Shown here one piece after another: positions 50,058 to 59,256 of a stretch of DNA of 64,000 nt. The stretch covers positions 64,001 through 128,000 of the forward strand of contig JBNLAH010000005.1 in NCBI GenBank assembly GCA_050302075.1, read 5' to 3'. The position numbers and the translations under genes are program-made. Within the stretch, counting starts at the first letter, position 1. Each line of letters starts with the position of its first letter. The notes below the pieces were generated by a model. It was not told the DNA's origin, did not search any database, and was given only the letters and a program-made list of their open reading frames with translations. This DNA is from Parachlamydiales bacterium (GTDB lineage Bacteria; Chlamydiota; Chlamydiia; Chlamydiales; SM23-39).

Positions 50058-52529
50058 TTAATTGCGGCTTACTCTTGAAGATTTTTTATTTAGTAGTGAA
50101 AGAGCTGATTCCTTTAACCCCGCATGCGTAATTCCCTCTATTAGGGTTTGTGCTTTTTCTAAGTCACTCTCTAATAAGTCCTGTATAATGTTTATTATGG
50201 CTAACCCTTGATCATATTCATCTGAAATTGAATCAATTGCCATTTTAGATAACCTATAGTTTTGAATGCTAAAGAGGTACCTAGAAAGATTTTGAAAAAT
50301 CATTATTTTATCTCTTTTATTTTTTAGAGAGTTAATAATTTTAAAGAGTTGATCGAATTTTCCATTCTGAATAAGGATTTTAGAAAGAACCATAAAGCGC
50401 TTAATTTTTTCTTTTACAAAGTTAGACTCATCAGCAATTATAGCCGCGATTTTAAAATTATTAGTTTCTACTAAAAGAGAAAAAACACCTTCTATTATGT
50501 TTTCATCTTCATGTAACATGGAAAAAAGTTGGTTAACACTAATAAGTCTTTTGTCAATTTTTTTTGCGACATGCCATAAAATATGTTCTTTGTCGCTACT
50601 ATTTTCAATCAAGGTAATATATCTTAGAATTGCACTTAAATTTTTTTGATTAACTAAAGTGTCAAAAACATTTAAAAGAGCATGTTTTCTATTTACATTG
50701 TCACGAATTGATTTTGCAACGTTAAAGGCAGTCTCTATATCACTCAAGGAGTTGAAGCTCTCAGATAGCTTTTTTAAAGAGGGGGTATTTTTTTGATAAT
50801 TTTGTTCTCTTTTTAAAAGCTCGAAAATTATAATAAAAAGATTTCTTTTTGAATCATCGTCAATAGAAGCATCTCTTACTATTTTTATTGCCGCATTAAA
50901 ATTACCCTCTTCTTTATAAAATTGCACTATTCTAGTAACAATCTCCAATCTAAAAGTTGTATTTTGACTTTTTTGAGCTGCGTAGAAAGCACTTTTAATA
51001 TTTCCCGTAGTAATTGATATATCACAAAACCATTCTAGGGAGCCTTCATTTGCTTTTATAATCTCATCAATGAGACTATCTGCTAAATAATCAGGTAGTT
51101 CATTTTTAAAGGACAAGCTAACTTCTAATATTTGTAAAATAGTATCTGTGCTTATGCCTTTTTCTTTGTAGTTTTTAATGCAAATTAGTAATCCATTTGT
51201 TTGATGAATTTTATATTGATTGTGATCATAACTATGATTATCAGTAAAAGTTACAATTCTAATTATATTTACAGCGGTTTCGGGGGTATTTTTAGCTAGC
51301 AAATACTCCATAAGTTCTTTAGTAATACGTTTCCAAAGCAATTCATTTAATTGAGTAGTTCTAATTATATTTAGAGCTTCAGGTATTAAGTTTCTATCAA
51401 TTAGTTCTTTGCAGAAACTTAGAGTATCATTAATGTGGGCTGCTTCACATTTACGGGCTATTTCAAGAGCTTTATTTTTTTTATTAATTGTTAAGAAAAA
51501 AGCAGAAATTTTCAGTAATGTAAAGCTACGTATGTGAGTCAATTGGATAGTTTTAGCAAATTCAAGAGCGGATCTTAAATCATCTAATTCAATAAGTTTC
51601 AAGCAAATATCTTTGGTTATTTGAGAATATGACCTAGAATTTTCATTTTTAGCTTCTGATACTTTCTTGTACAAAGAAAGCCTTTCTCGAAAATTTTTTG
51701 GTAATAGTTTGAGAAAATCATTTTGAGTATTTTCGTCTAATGCTACTTCCACAATAATATCTAAAGTATTTTTTTCTAAAGCTTTGAAGGCTTCTGCATT
51801 TCTGCTTGCATCGAATAGTTCTTGAGAATTAATTATAATATATAATTTAGAATATTTCTCACGAATAGCAATTAGCCTTTTTAAATGATCAAATAGCTTG
51901 AAGTTTATTTGAAGAGAAATATTCCTTATCTTTTCAGATGAAAAAAGATCTCTTTTAGAAATTTCTTTTTCTAAGTTAGAAAAATTAACCTCTAGTTGAG
52001 TGAGAATATTTTTAATTTGAATGCACTCATCTTCTTCCAAAATTTGGTCTATATTATTGAATTTAATAGATTGGTTATAAATTTGGTTTAATCTTTCAAT
52101 TAATTCCATTAATTGTTCAGGGATATTTAATTTATTAAACTCTTCGAACAAATCGTCATTTTTTAGCTCATTCACTTCCTCTAATACCTCTCTTAGCTGA
52201 GAAATAAAGCTTTTAATTAGAGTTTCTAATAAATTCCTGTTAATTGACCGTAGGCGAGGGATTTCTAACAAAAAATGTTGTTTTGTTAAATTGTTAAGGG
52301 TGCGACTTGCAAAGCTCGTATTAATTTTATCTCTGGAACCTAAACATTTTAAAATATTGTTAATAAGTACAGTTGGAATTTCTACATTAAAACTACTTTG
52401 TGGATTTCCAGTAGAGATATTAGAAGATTGAGGTTCTTCAATCTGCGCAGCGGTGCTACTGTTTGGTGGGGTATTTGAAAAAAGTGGATGATATTCAGAA
52501 TAATTACAACTAGAAAAAATGCTATTCAT
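50058..52529 (-). CDS. F-box-like protein with C-terminal helical (TPR-like) repeats; candidate secreted effector
   Basis: S/T/P/Q-rich N-terminus; EIPTVLINNILKCLGSRDKINTSFASRTLNNL F-box-like motif; repeated A..A..I...R...L helical units. Confidence 0.65.
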   Translation of the reverse strand: MNSIFSSCNYSEYHPLFSNTPPNSSTAAQIEEPQSSNISTGNPQSSFNVEIPTVLINNILKCLGSRDKINTSFASRTLNNLTKQHFLLEIPRLRSINRNLLETLIKSFISQLREVLEEVNELKNDDLFEEFNKLNIPEQLMELIERLNQIYNQSIKFNNIDQILEEDECIQIKNILTQLEVNFSNLEKEISKRDLFSSEKIRNISLQINFKLFDHLKRLIAIREKYSKLYIIINSQELFDASRNAEAFKALEKNTLDIIVEVALDENTQNDFLKLLPKNFRERLSLYKKVSEAKNENSRSYSQITKDICLKLIELDDLRSALEFAKTIQLTHIRSFTLLKISAFFLTINKKNKALEIARKCEAAHINDTLSFCKELIDRNLIPEALNIIRTTQLNELLWKRITKELMEYLLAKNTPETAVNIIRIVTFTDNHSYDHNQYKIHQTNGLLICIKNYKEKGISTDTILQILEVSLSFKNELPDYLADSLIDEIIKANEGSLEWFCDISITTGNIKSAFYAAQKSQNTTFRLEIVTRIVQFYKEEGNFNAAIKIVRDASIDDDSKRNLFIIIFELLKREQNYQKNTPSLKKLSESFNSLSDIETAFNVAKSIRDNVNRKHALLNVFDTLVNQKNLSAILRYITLIENSSDKEHILWHVAKKIDKRLISVNQLFSMLHEDENIIEGVFSLLVETNNFKIAAIIADESNFVKEKIKRFMVLSKILIQNGKFDQLFKIINSLKNKRDKIMIFQNLSRYLFSIQNYRLSKMAIDSISDEYDQGLAIINIIQDLLESDLEKAQTLIEGITHAGLKESALSLLNKKSSRVSRN

Positions 52530-52648
52530 ATTTTATAAATCCTTAAAAAAAAGTTAAATTAATGGCGGAAAGTATAACCTATAATAAGGATTAAAATAAA
52601 TCGGTTTTTTTGATAACAGTCTTATTATAAGATACTTAAGTTATTTAT

Positions 52649-53062
52649 TTAAGCAAATTCTGGAGTATCTATAAGAGCTGCTATTCTTTCAAGTTCGTGG
52701 GATGTGCATGTGTGTGGATTATGAAAAAAACTTAAAGTGACATTGACTGTTCTTGCGACATTATTAGGAAGTGACAAAGATGCAATGAACAGACCCCCAC
52801 CAATTTGAAAGAGGCCTTTTTTTGCATTGAAATTATCATTAAAAATAGATCCAAGTATGTTTGCTGAGCCTTTGAAAAAGGTTTCAGATAAAGTTGCAGT
52901 GGTTACAGCGCTACTTATCAAAAAGTCACAGGTTCCTACAACTGGCGCAAGAAACCTAACCGAGTTTATAAGAGATATACTCTTTAAAGTACTGTAAAAA
53001 GGCCTAGAGATATTTTTGTCGAAAAATATTTGACTCTTGTTTATTTTTTCAAAATCAATCAT
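52649..53062 (-). CDS. Hypothetical protein
   Basis: 137 aa ORF with moderately hydrophobic segments; no motif recognised. Confidence 0.55.
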   Translation of the reverse strand: MIDFEKINKSQIFFDKNISRPFYSTLKSISLINSVRFLAPVVGTCDFLISSAVTTATLSETFFKGSANILGSIFNDNFNAKKGLFQIGGGLFIASLSLPNNVARTVNVTLSFFHNPHTCTSHELERIAALIDTPEFA

Positions 53063-53272
53063 GCCAAAAGAGTTTAATTAAGTGGATTGTAAAAATCCAA
53101 TTAAAATTAATTGATGGTCAAAAAGTCTTCATTTTTAGCTAGTTGATAACTATGTTGTTATAGTTCTGGTTTTCTTACGTTTTTGTATAAAAAAGATAAA
53201 ATTAAGTTTGTTTTTAATTTTAAAAAAAAAGTCAAACTGGCAAAGTATTTTTTTTGTGAACTTTTAAAAGAT

Positions 53273-53773
53273 ATGGGATCAGATATTTTAGTTAGCATTG
53301 TTATGGGCAGCCAGTCTGATTTTTCAACGATGAAAGCTGCGGCTGATGTTTTAAGTCAATTAGAGATTGCACATGAAACTAAGATTGTATCAGCTCATCG
53401 TACTCCTGACAGGCTCTATTCTTATGCAAAAGATTTAGATAGTAGAAAAGTTCAAGTGGTTATTGCGGGAGCAGGAGGCGCTGCACATCTACCTGGTATG
53501 GTTGCTTCTATGACTAAGATACCTGTTTTAGGAATTCCAATAAGTTCGAAGCATCTAAACGGTCTTGATAGCTTATTATCAATTGTTCAGATGCCAGCAG
53601 GCGTTCCTGTTGGGACTTTTGCAATTGGAATTGCTGGTGCAAAAAATGCAGCACTTTTTGCAGCGAGCATCTTAGCTAATAACTGTGAAGCAATCAGCAC
53701 AAAGTTACAGTTATATCGAAAAAATCAAAAAGAGGCTGTTTTAGAAGAGCCAATTTGTAAGGAGCTATTATGA
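53273..53773 (+). CDS. purE: N5-carboxyaminoimidazole ribonucleotide mutase
   Basis: [36 protein letters not shown]; start at ATG 53273 chosen. Confidence 0.97.
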   Translation: MGSDILVSIVMGSQSDFSTMKAAADVLSQLEIAHETKIVSAHRTPDRLYSYAKDLDSRKVQVVIAGAGGAAHLPGMVASMTKIPVLGIPISSKHLNGLDSLLSIVQMPAGVPVGTFAIGIAGAKNAALFAASILANNCEAISTKLQLYRKNQKEAVLEEPICKELL

Positions 53774-54831
53774 TAATTCTTCCTGGGAAAACAATTGGGA
53801 TAATTGGTGGAGGCCAACTTGGAAAAATGATGGTCATGGCAGCAGCTCAAATGGGTTATAACACTGTGGTTTTTTCCGATCAAAAAGATTCTCCAGCATG
53901 TGCAGTAGCATCTGAGGTGGTGATAGCACCATACTCAGATCAAATAGCTTGGGAGACCTTCAAAAAAATGAGTGATATTGTAACTTATGAATGGGAGAAT
54001 GTTCCCTTAAATTTTATTCAATACCTCGAGAAGGAAACTCTTGTTAGGCCGGGATCTAATATCTTGAGTATTGCTCAAAATAGGATTCGCGAAAAAAAAT
54101 TTATTAGATCTTTGAATATTGAGACGCCGCTTTATCAGGCTGTAACTGATAAAAAATCTTTTTTTGAAGCGGTTAGCTCAATCGGCTTTCCATGCATTTT
54201 AAAAACGAGCGAGATGGGTTATGATGGTAAAGGCCAATGCGAGATTAACTTTGGTTATGATTTAGAGAAAATATGGGAGGAGTCTGAAAACTCTGAAAAA
54301 ATTTTAGAAAAGAAAATACCATTTGAAAAAGAAATATCAGTTATTGCTGCAAGAAATTCCTATGGGCAGTTTGCTGCTTTTGTGCCAGTTCACAATATCT
54401 ACAAAGATAAAATATTAGACATCTCAATTGCTCCGGCTGATGTTTCGGAGGAAGTTTCTCAAAAAGCAATCCAGATTACAAAAAAAATTATGGAGTCTGT
54501 AAACTACGTTGGGGTTATGGCAGTGGAGTTTTTCGTAACTTATGAAAAGAAAGTTATTGTAAACGAGATAGCTCCAAGGCCGCATAATTCTGGGCATTGG
54601 ACAATTGATGCTTGTTATACTAGCCAGTTTGAGCAGCATATCAGAGCTATTTGCAATCTTAGGTTGGGAAATACCGCTTTTCATAGTAAAGCGGTTATGA
54701 AAAATCTAGTTGGAAGTGACGTTTTAAACTGGCAGAAATTTGAAAATTCCGGCAAGTGCAAATTACACATATACGGGAAAAAAACATTGAATGATAAAAG
54801 AAAAATGGGGCATCTAACAACTTTACTATAA
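53770..54831 (+). CDS. purK: N5-carboxyaminoimidazole ribonucleotide synthase
   Basis: [44 protein letters not shown] overlap with the purE stop region. Confidence 0.97.
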   Translation: MIILPGKTIGIIGGGQLGKMMVMAAAQMGYNTVVFSDQKDSPACAVASEVVIAPYSDQIAWETFKKMSDIVTYEWENVPLNFIQYLEKETLVRPGSNILSIAQNRIREKKFIRSLNIETPLYQAVTDKKSFFEAVSSIGFPCILKTSEMGYDGKGQCEINFGYDLEKIWEESENSEKILEKKIPFEKEISVIAARNSYGQFAAFVPVHNIYKDKILDISIAPADVSEEVSQKAIQITKKIMESVNYVGVMAVEFFVTYEKKVIVNEIAPRPHNSGHWTIDACYTSQFEQHIRAICNLRLGNTAFHSKAVMKNLVGSDVLNWQKFENSGKCKLHIYGKKTLNDKRKMGHLTTLL

Positions 54832-55854
54832 ATGTCTAGCATGTCTTTTTTTAAAATATTTCTCAGTTTAATCATAACATTTACAGCTTTCTGTGAAGTA
54901 AATGATTCGATAGTTCCCACAATAAAAAAAATCTCTCCTGATGATTTTTCTGGTAAGATTACAAAAAATCAGATGCAGAAAATCAAAAAAGTTGAACTGA
55001 AGAAGAGTGATAGAATTCTTCTTATGTCATTTAATATGCTTTTTAATCTTAAACATAAAGAAGCTCTTCTAGAGGAAAGGCATCAATGGACAAATCGGCT
55101 TCCCAGAATAATAGAGTATTTAGAATTTTCAAAACCTGACATTATCGGAACTCAAGAACTTCATAAGAGTCAACTCGATGATTTGATGAGTGAAATATCT
55201 GATAAATATGCTTATTATGGCTTGGGTAGAGATGATGGGAAAGATAAAGGCGAAATACAAGCTGTTTTCTATGATAAGAAGCGCTTTAAACTGCTAGATT
55301 CTAAAACGTACTTTTTTTCAAAAACTCCAACAAAAGTAAGTCATAATTCGTATAAGGTAAAAAATACCCTTACTTACTGTAAATTTTTAGATTTCAACAC
55401 AAACAAAAAATTTATTGTATTGAATACCCACCTTAGCTTTTCGAGCCCTCATGTAAGATTGTATGAAGCAAAGTTCATTAAAAAATTTGTTGATAAGTTG
55501 CCTTCAAGTATGGCGGTTATTTTAATGGGAGATTTTAATGCCTTCCCGATGCGTTTTGATTTAGATCTTCCATTTTTTGATGGTGCACTTGTTCTTGAGA
55601 CGATTACAAGCGGTAAAATGGAAAATAGTATGAATAAATCAGCAATGGGACACTTTGGCCCCATTTCATCAACAAATTTCTCTCAAGATACAAAAAAGGT
55701 ATTTTCTGGTAACGGAACGCCAGGGGTAATCCTCGATTTTATTTTTGTAAATGACAATATATTTATTAGATCACATGGGATAGACCCGGCAAAAGTTGAT
55801 AATGAATATATGTCTGATCACTTTCCTGTTTTAGCGGAAGCTATCATTGACTGA
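54832..55854 (+). CDS. Exported endonuclease/exonuclease/phosphatase (EEP) family protein
   Basis: Signal peptide; SFN, GTQE, NTH, GDFN, DFIF, SDHFP. Confidence 0.88.
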   Translation: MSSMSFFKIFLSLIITFTAFCEVNDSIVPTIKKISPDDFSGKITKNQMQKIKKVELKKSDRILLMSFNMLFNLKHKEALLEERHQWTNRLPRIIEYLEFSKPDIIGTQELHKSQLDDLMSEISDKYAYYGLGRDDGKDKGEIQAVFYDKKRFKLLDSKTYFFSKTPTKVSHNSYKVKNTLTYCKFLDFNTNKKFIVLNTHLSFSSPHVRLYEAKFIKKFVDKLPSSMAVILMGDFNAFPMRFDLDLPFFDGALVLETITSGKMENSMNKSAMGHFGPISSTNFSQDTKKVFSGNGTPGVILDFIFVNDNIFIRSHGIDPAKVDNEYMSDHFPVLAEAIID

Positions 55855-56878
55855 TCATAGTAAGCGCTATCAAGCTCAAAATATAAACAACTAGCACAAG
55901 TAAAGAATCAAACCCCATCATAAATATCTTCTTTTTTTGCCTGGCTAGAATTCCCCAAAGATAGATGCAAGTCACAATAATTCCTGAGGCCGCCATTAGC
56001 AAAGAAGGTTTGTCCAGGGATGCTACAATAGATCCTTTTCGATAAGCGATATCAGCTATTAGAAAAACAGCCATCATAAGAGTGTTTGATCCAAAGATAT
56101 TTGCAAAGGCCATTGTATAGGCTTTTATTTTTATAGCCCCGTAGGTCGTGCTGAGCTCAGGCAGGGAAGTTGCTAAAGCCACAAAAGTAGCCCCAACAAA
56201 ACTGCTTGAAATACCTACTTGTGTGCTCAAAGTATCTGCGAAGTATGCGACATCCCAGCCAGCAACTAGAACAATTGAACAAGCAATGAAAAAATATATC
56301 CCAAGTGCTAAGTTTGGTAATTTTGTTATATTTTTCTGGAAGGGGAGTTTTTTTGCTACCTCTCTGCTGGGGAGATCTACCGGAATCCATTTTTCTGCAT
56401 TTTGGTGAGAATGTAATGCTTTTAACATTACAATGTAGAATATAAAGAAAGTAATCGGCCAGATGCCCACACCAAAGATTGATGTTATTTCACCAAAAGA
56501 GTAAGCAAAAACAATGAACCCAAGCTGAATAATTAAAAAAACGCCGGTTAAAACAAGTGAAACAGTCGGAGTTAAATAAGATAGGCTCGAACCTCTCACA
56601 AAAAACAGGTCTACAATAGCCAGCATGCACGTTTGCAGAGGAACCCCGCCGATTAAGTTATTCACTGCAAGTTTAGGATTGTCAAGTGCTGAGGCTGTTA
56701 TCGTAGTAATTACTTCTGGCAGTGATGTTGTGAAAGCTAATAGAAAAGCGCCGATGAAAGCTTTGCTTACTTTAGTTCTTTCTCCAATTTCATCAGCATA
56801 TATTGCAAGTTTTGTTCCAGAGATCCAAATTGCAATAGCTCCAATTAAGAAAAAAAATAAGTTAAATACCGAGTCCAT
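55844..56878 (-). CDS. Ca2+/Na+ antiporter (CaCA, YrbG-like)
   Basis: Two alpha repeats TTSLPE / ATSLPE with N..G(S)N motifs; ~10 TMs. Confidence 0.9.
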   Translation of the reverse strand: MDSVFNLFFFLIGAIAIWISGTKLAIYADEIGERTKVSKAFIGAFLLAFTTSLPEVITTITASALDNPKLAVNNLIGGVPLQTCMLAIVDLFFVRGSSLSYLTPTVSLVLTGVFLIIQLGFIVFAYSFGEITSIFGVGIWPITFFIFYIVMLKALHSHQNAEKWIPVDLPSREVAKKLPFQKNITKLPNLALGIYFFIACSIVLVAGWDVAYFADTLSTQVGISSSFVGATFVALATSLPELSTTYGAIKIKAYTMAFANIFGSNTLMMAVFLIADIAYRKGSIVASLDKPSLLMAASGIIVTCIYLWGILARQKKKIFMMGFDSLLVLVVYILSLIALTMISQ

Positions 56879-56966
56879 CTATAGTTTGAAGTGAAGCTGC
56901 TTTTTATTGATTTAAAAAATAAGCATATTTTTCGCAATTTAAAAAGGAGCTAATTTTTGACAAAAG

Positions 56967-56988
56967 ACCCACTTTTTTAAAAGTGGGT
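56967..56988 (-). terminator. Intrinsic terminator of dnaJ
   Basis: ACCCACTTTT-TT-AAAAGTGGGT inverted repeat followed by CTTTTG on the minus strand. Confidence 0.55.
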
Positions 56989-57031
56989 TGAAAGCTTTAA
57001 GTATATCTCAAAAAGCTTCTAACAGTTTTTA

Positions 57032-58174
57032 TTATTTTGAAAAAAAAACCTTTAGCTTTTCTAAGAACCCCATTTTTTGGGGGTGATTTTGATCGGACTC
57101 TAGCTCTTTAAACTGACTTAGGATTTCTTTTTGTTTTTTTGTTAGTTTAACCGGAGTTTCTACATGAATCCTTACTAGCAAATCACCTGTGCCTTGACCA
57201 TGCACATTTGGAATCCCTTGGCCTCTGACTCTAAAAAGTTTCCCATTCTGAGTTCCTTCCGGGATGTTTATTTTACAAGACTTTCCGTGGGGTGAAGGAA
57301 TTTCTTTTTGACTGCCAAGTGCAGCTTCTGAAAAAGTTAAGGGTAGCTCAACGTAAACATCATCGCCGTCTCTTTGAAAGGCCTGATGCGGCTCAACTTG
57401 TATATAAACATACAAGTCACCTGGAGGGCCACCAGCTTCTCCAGCATCTCCATAACCTGACATCTTTAGGCGCATACCACTGTCAACGCCTGGGGGGATT
57501 TTGATAGTTACATTTTCTTTTTTCTTAACTTTGCCAGCGCCATGACAGGCAGAGCATGCCTTGGTAATTACTTTACCTGACCCGTGGCACTGAGGACAAG
57601 TAGAGGACATGCTAAAAAATCCACGGCTTTGGAATACTTGACCATTACCGTTACATGATGAACAGGTTTTAATATCGCTGCTAGATTCAGCTCCTAAGCC
57701 GTTACATTTTCCACAATTGCTAAGATTTTGAATTACTATGCGCTTCTCTGTTCCTTTAACAGCCTCTTCAAAGGAAATTGAAATGTTTACTTTCTTGCTG
57801 GCTCCTTTTTGAGCTCGCATATGGTTTGAATCGGTGTTTTCAAATCCAAAAAAAGAATCAAAAATAGACTCAGATCCTCCTCCAAACGCTCCCATAAAAG
57901 TTCTAAGGGCTTCGTCCATTGAGGAAAAGCCGCCGCCTCCTCCCATATGAGCACCTTTTAGCCCTTCTTCTCCATATTGGTTATAGATGTTTCTCTTGTT
58001 CTCATCGCTTAGGACTTCATAAGCTTCAGAAACTTTTTTGAACTTGGCTTCAGCTTCAGGATCTCCCTGATTTTTGTCAGGGTGAAATTTCAAAGCCATT
58101 TTTCGATAGGCTTTTTTTATTTCAGCTTGGCTGGCGTTGCGATCAACACCTAAAACAGCGTAATAATCTGTCAT
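57032..58174 (-). CDS. dnaJ: Chaperone DnaJ
   Basis: J domain HPD, G/F region, four CxxCxGxG repeats. Confidence 0.98.
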   Translation of the reverse strand: MTDYYAVLGVDRNASQAEIKKAYRKMALKFHPDKNQGDPEAEAKFKKVSEAYEVLSDENKRNIYNQYGEEGLKGAHMGGGGGFSSMDEALRTFMGAFGGGSESIFDSFFGFENTDSNHMRAQKGASKKVNISISFEEAVKGTEKRIVIQNLSNCGKCNGLGAESSSDIKTCSSCNGNGQVFQSRGFFSMSSTCPQCHGSGKVITKACSACHGAGKVKKKENVTIKIPPGVDSGMRLKMSGYGDAGEAGGPPGDLYVYIQVEPHQAFQRDGDDVYVELPLTFSEAALGSQKEIPSPHGKSCKINIPEGTQNGKLFRVRGQGIPNVHGQGTGDLLVRIHVETPVKLTKKQKEILSQFKELESDQNHPQKMGFLEKLKVFFSK

Positions 58175-58220
58175 ATTATCAACTTTTTTTATTATGAATT
58201 ATATCAGTTAAAGCGGTTTT

Positions 58221-58247
58221 TTAGCAAATGCGAAAGGGGAGCGCTAA
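58221..58247 (-). promoter_or_regulatory. CIRCE-like HrcA operator
   Basis: Minus strand TTAGCGCTC-N9-ATTTGCTAA versus consensus TTAGCACTC-N9-GAGTGCTAA (8/9 and 6/9), 46 nt before dnaJ. Confidence 0.6.
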
Positions 58248-58252
58248 ATTAC

Positions 58253-58447
58253 TTAGCGGGATTTTCTAGCTGCATTTTTAGCTCTTTTTAGCGCTTCTTT
58301 AGATTTTTTTCTTTTTCTCACAGAAGGCTTATCGTAAAAACGATTTGCTTTACAAGTTTTCATAACACCTTCTTTATCTAATTTTTTTTTCAATAAACGA
58401 AGAGCTTTATCAATAGCTTCTCCAATTCGAACTTTTACGCTGGACAT
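58253..58447 (-). CDS. rpsU: 30S ribosomal protein S21
   Basis: [27 protein letters not shown]. Confidence 0.95.
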   Translation of the reverse strand: MSSVKVRIGEAIDKALRLLKKKLDKEGVMKTCKANRFYDKPSVRKRKKSKEALKRAKNAARKSR

Positions 58448-58508
58448 TTAAATTAGAACTCCTTTTAAGGTTAATTAGCCAAAATGATAAGTAATCATTT
58501 GGTTTTAA

Positions 58509-59123
58509 TCAAGCATCTCTCAAATAGATAGGCATTAAATCATTAATTTCAGTAAAATCTTTTCTTAAAAACTTATCGAAACACATTTTTGCCAACATCT
58601 GTTCATTAGGCTTTCCAAGGATCCATTCTATAGGAAATGGAGTTTCAATTCTTTTCTTTAAGGTTTTTAAATCAGGTGTGATTGCTTTTGGAGTATTTTT
58701 TAGCAACAAACTGATATCACTTATTGAAAAAAGAGTAGGTTCAGAAAAATGAACTACTTTATCAGAGCGTGTAGCCTTGCTTGCATAAACTCCTCCAATT
58801 TTGGCATCTATAATGCTTATAAAGTTTCCATCGCTTTCTGGGATGAAGCTTTCTAAGGATGAAAAGCAAATGATAGGGATGTTTAATGCATATGATAAGG
58901 ACTTTGCTATCGTAATGGATACCCTAACTCCAGTATATGAGCCAGGGCCAACGCCTACTCCAATAAAAGAAATATCTTTTTTTACATTTTTTAAAAAATT
59001 GAAAAAATAGTTAGACAGGTCGCGTTTCGCAAAAACATGCAAATGTCTTAAAACTCGGTTTTTTTCAACTTCTAAAATTGCTGAAGATGATGAGCTACTT
59101 TCTAAAATTATTCCTTTTGTCAT
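58509..59123 (-). CDS. tsaB: tRNA t6A37 biosynthesis protein TsaB
   Basis: VGVGPGSYTGVR, IDAK, PIYLR. Confidence 0.9.
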   Translation of the reverse strand: MTKGIILESSSSSSAILEVEKNRVLRHLHVFAKRDLSNYFFNFLKNVKKDISFIGVGVGPGSYTGVRVSITIAKSLSYALNIPIICFSSLESFIPESDGNFISIIDAKIGGVYASKATRSDKVVHFSEPTLFSISDISLLLKNTPKAITPDLKTLKKRIETPFPIEWILGKPNEQMLAKMCFDKFLRKDFTEINDLMPIYLRDA

Positions 59124-59256
59124 TAAAGAAAAGTTGTTAGTTTAAAAGATAAATCATTGTAGCATATTTAGGGCTCTTTTCCAACTGAACTTATTGCGAA
59201 GATTAAGCTCAATTGTTAGAGTTATCTGATTTATATTCAAAAACTGAGGATTTTTT

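Noticed and set aside
53183..53272. N-terminal extension of PurE in the ORF track
   Set aside because: TTG-started A/T-rich low-complexity stretch; homology begins at ATG 53273
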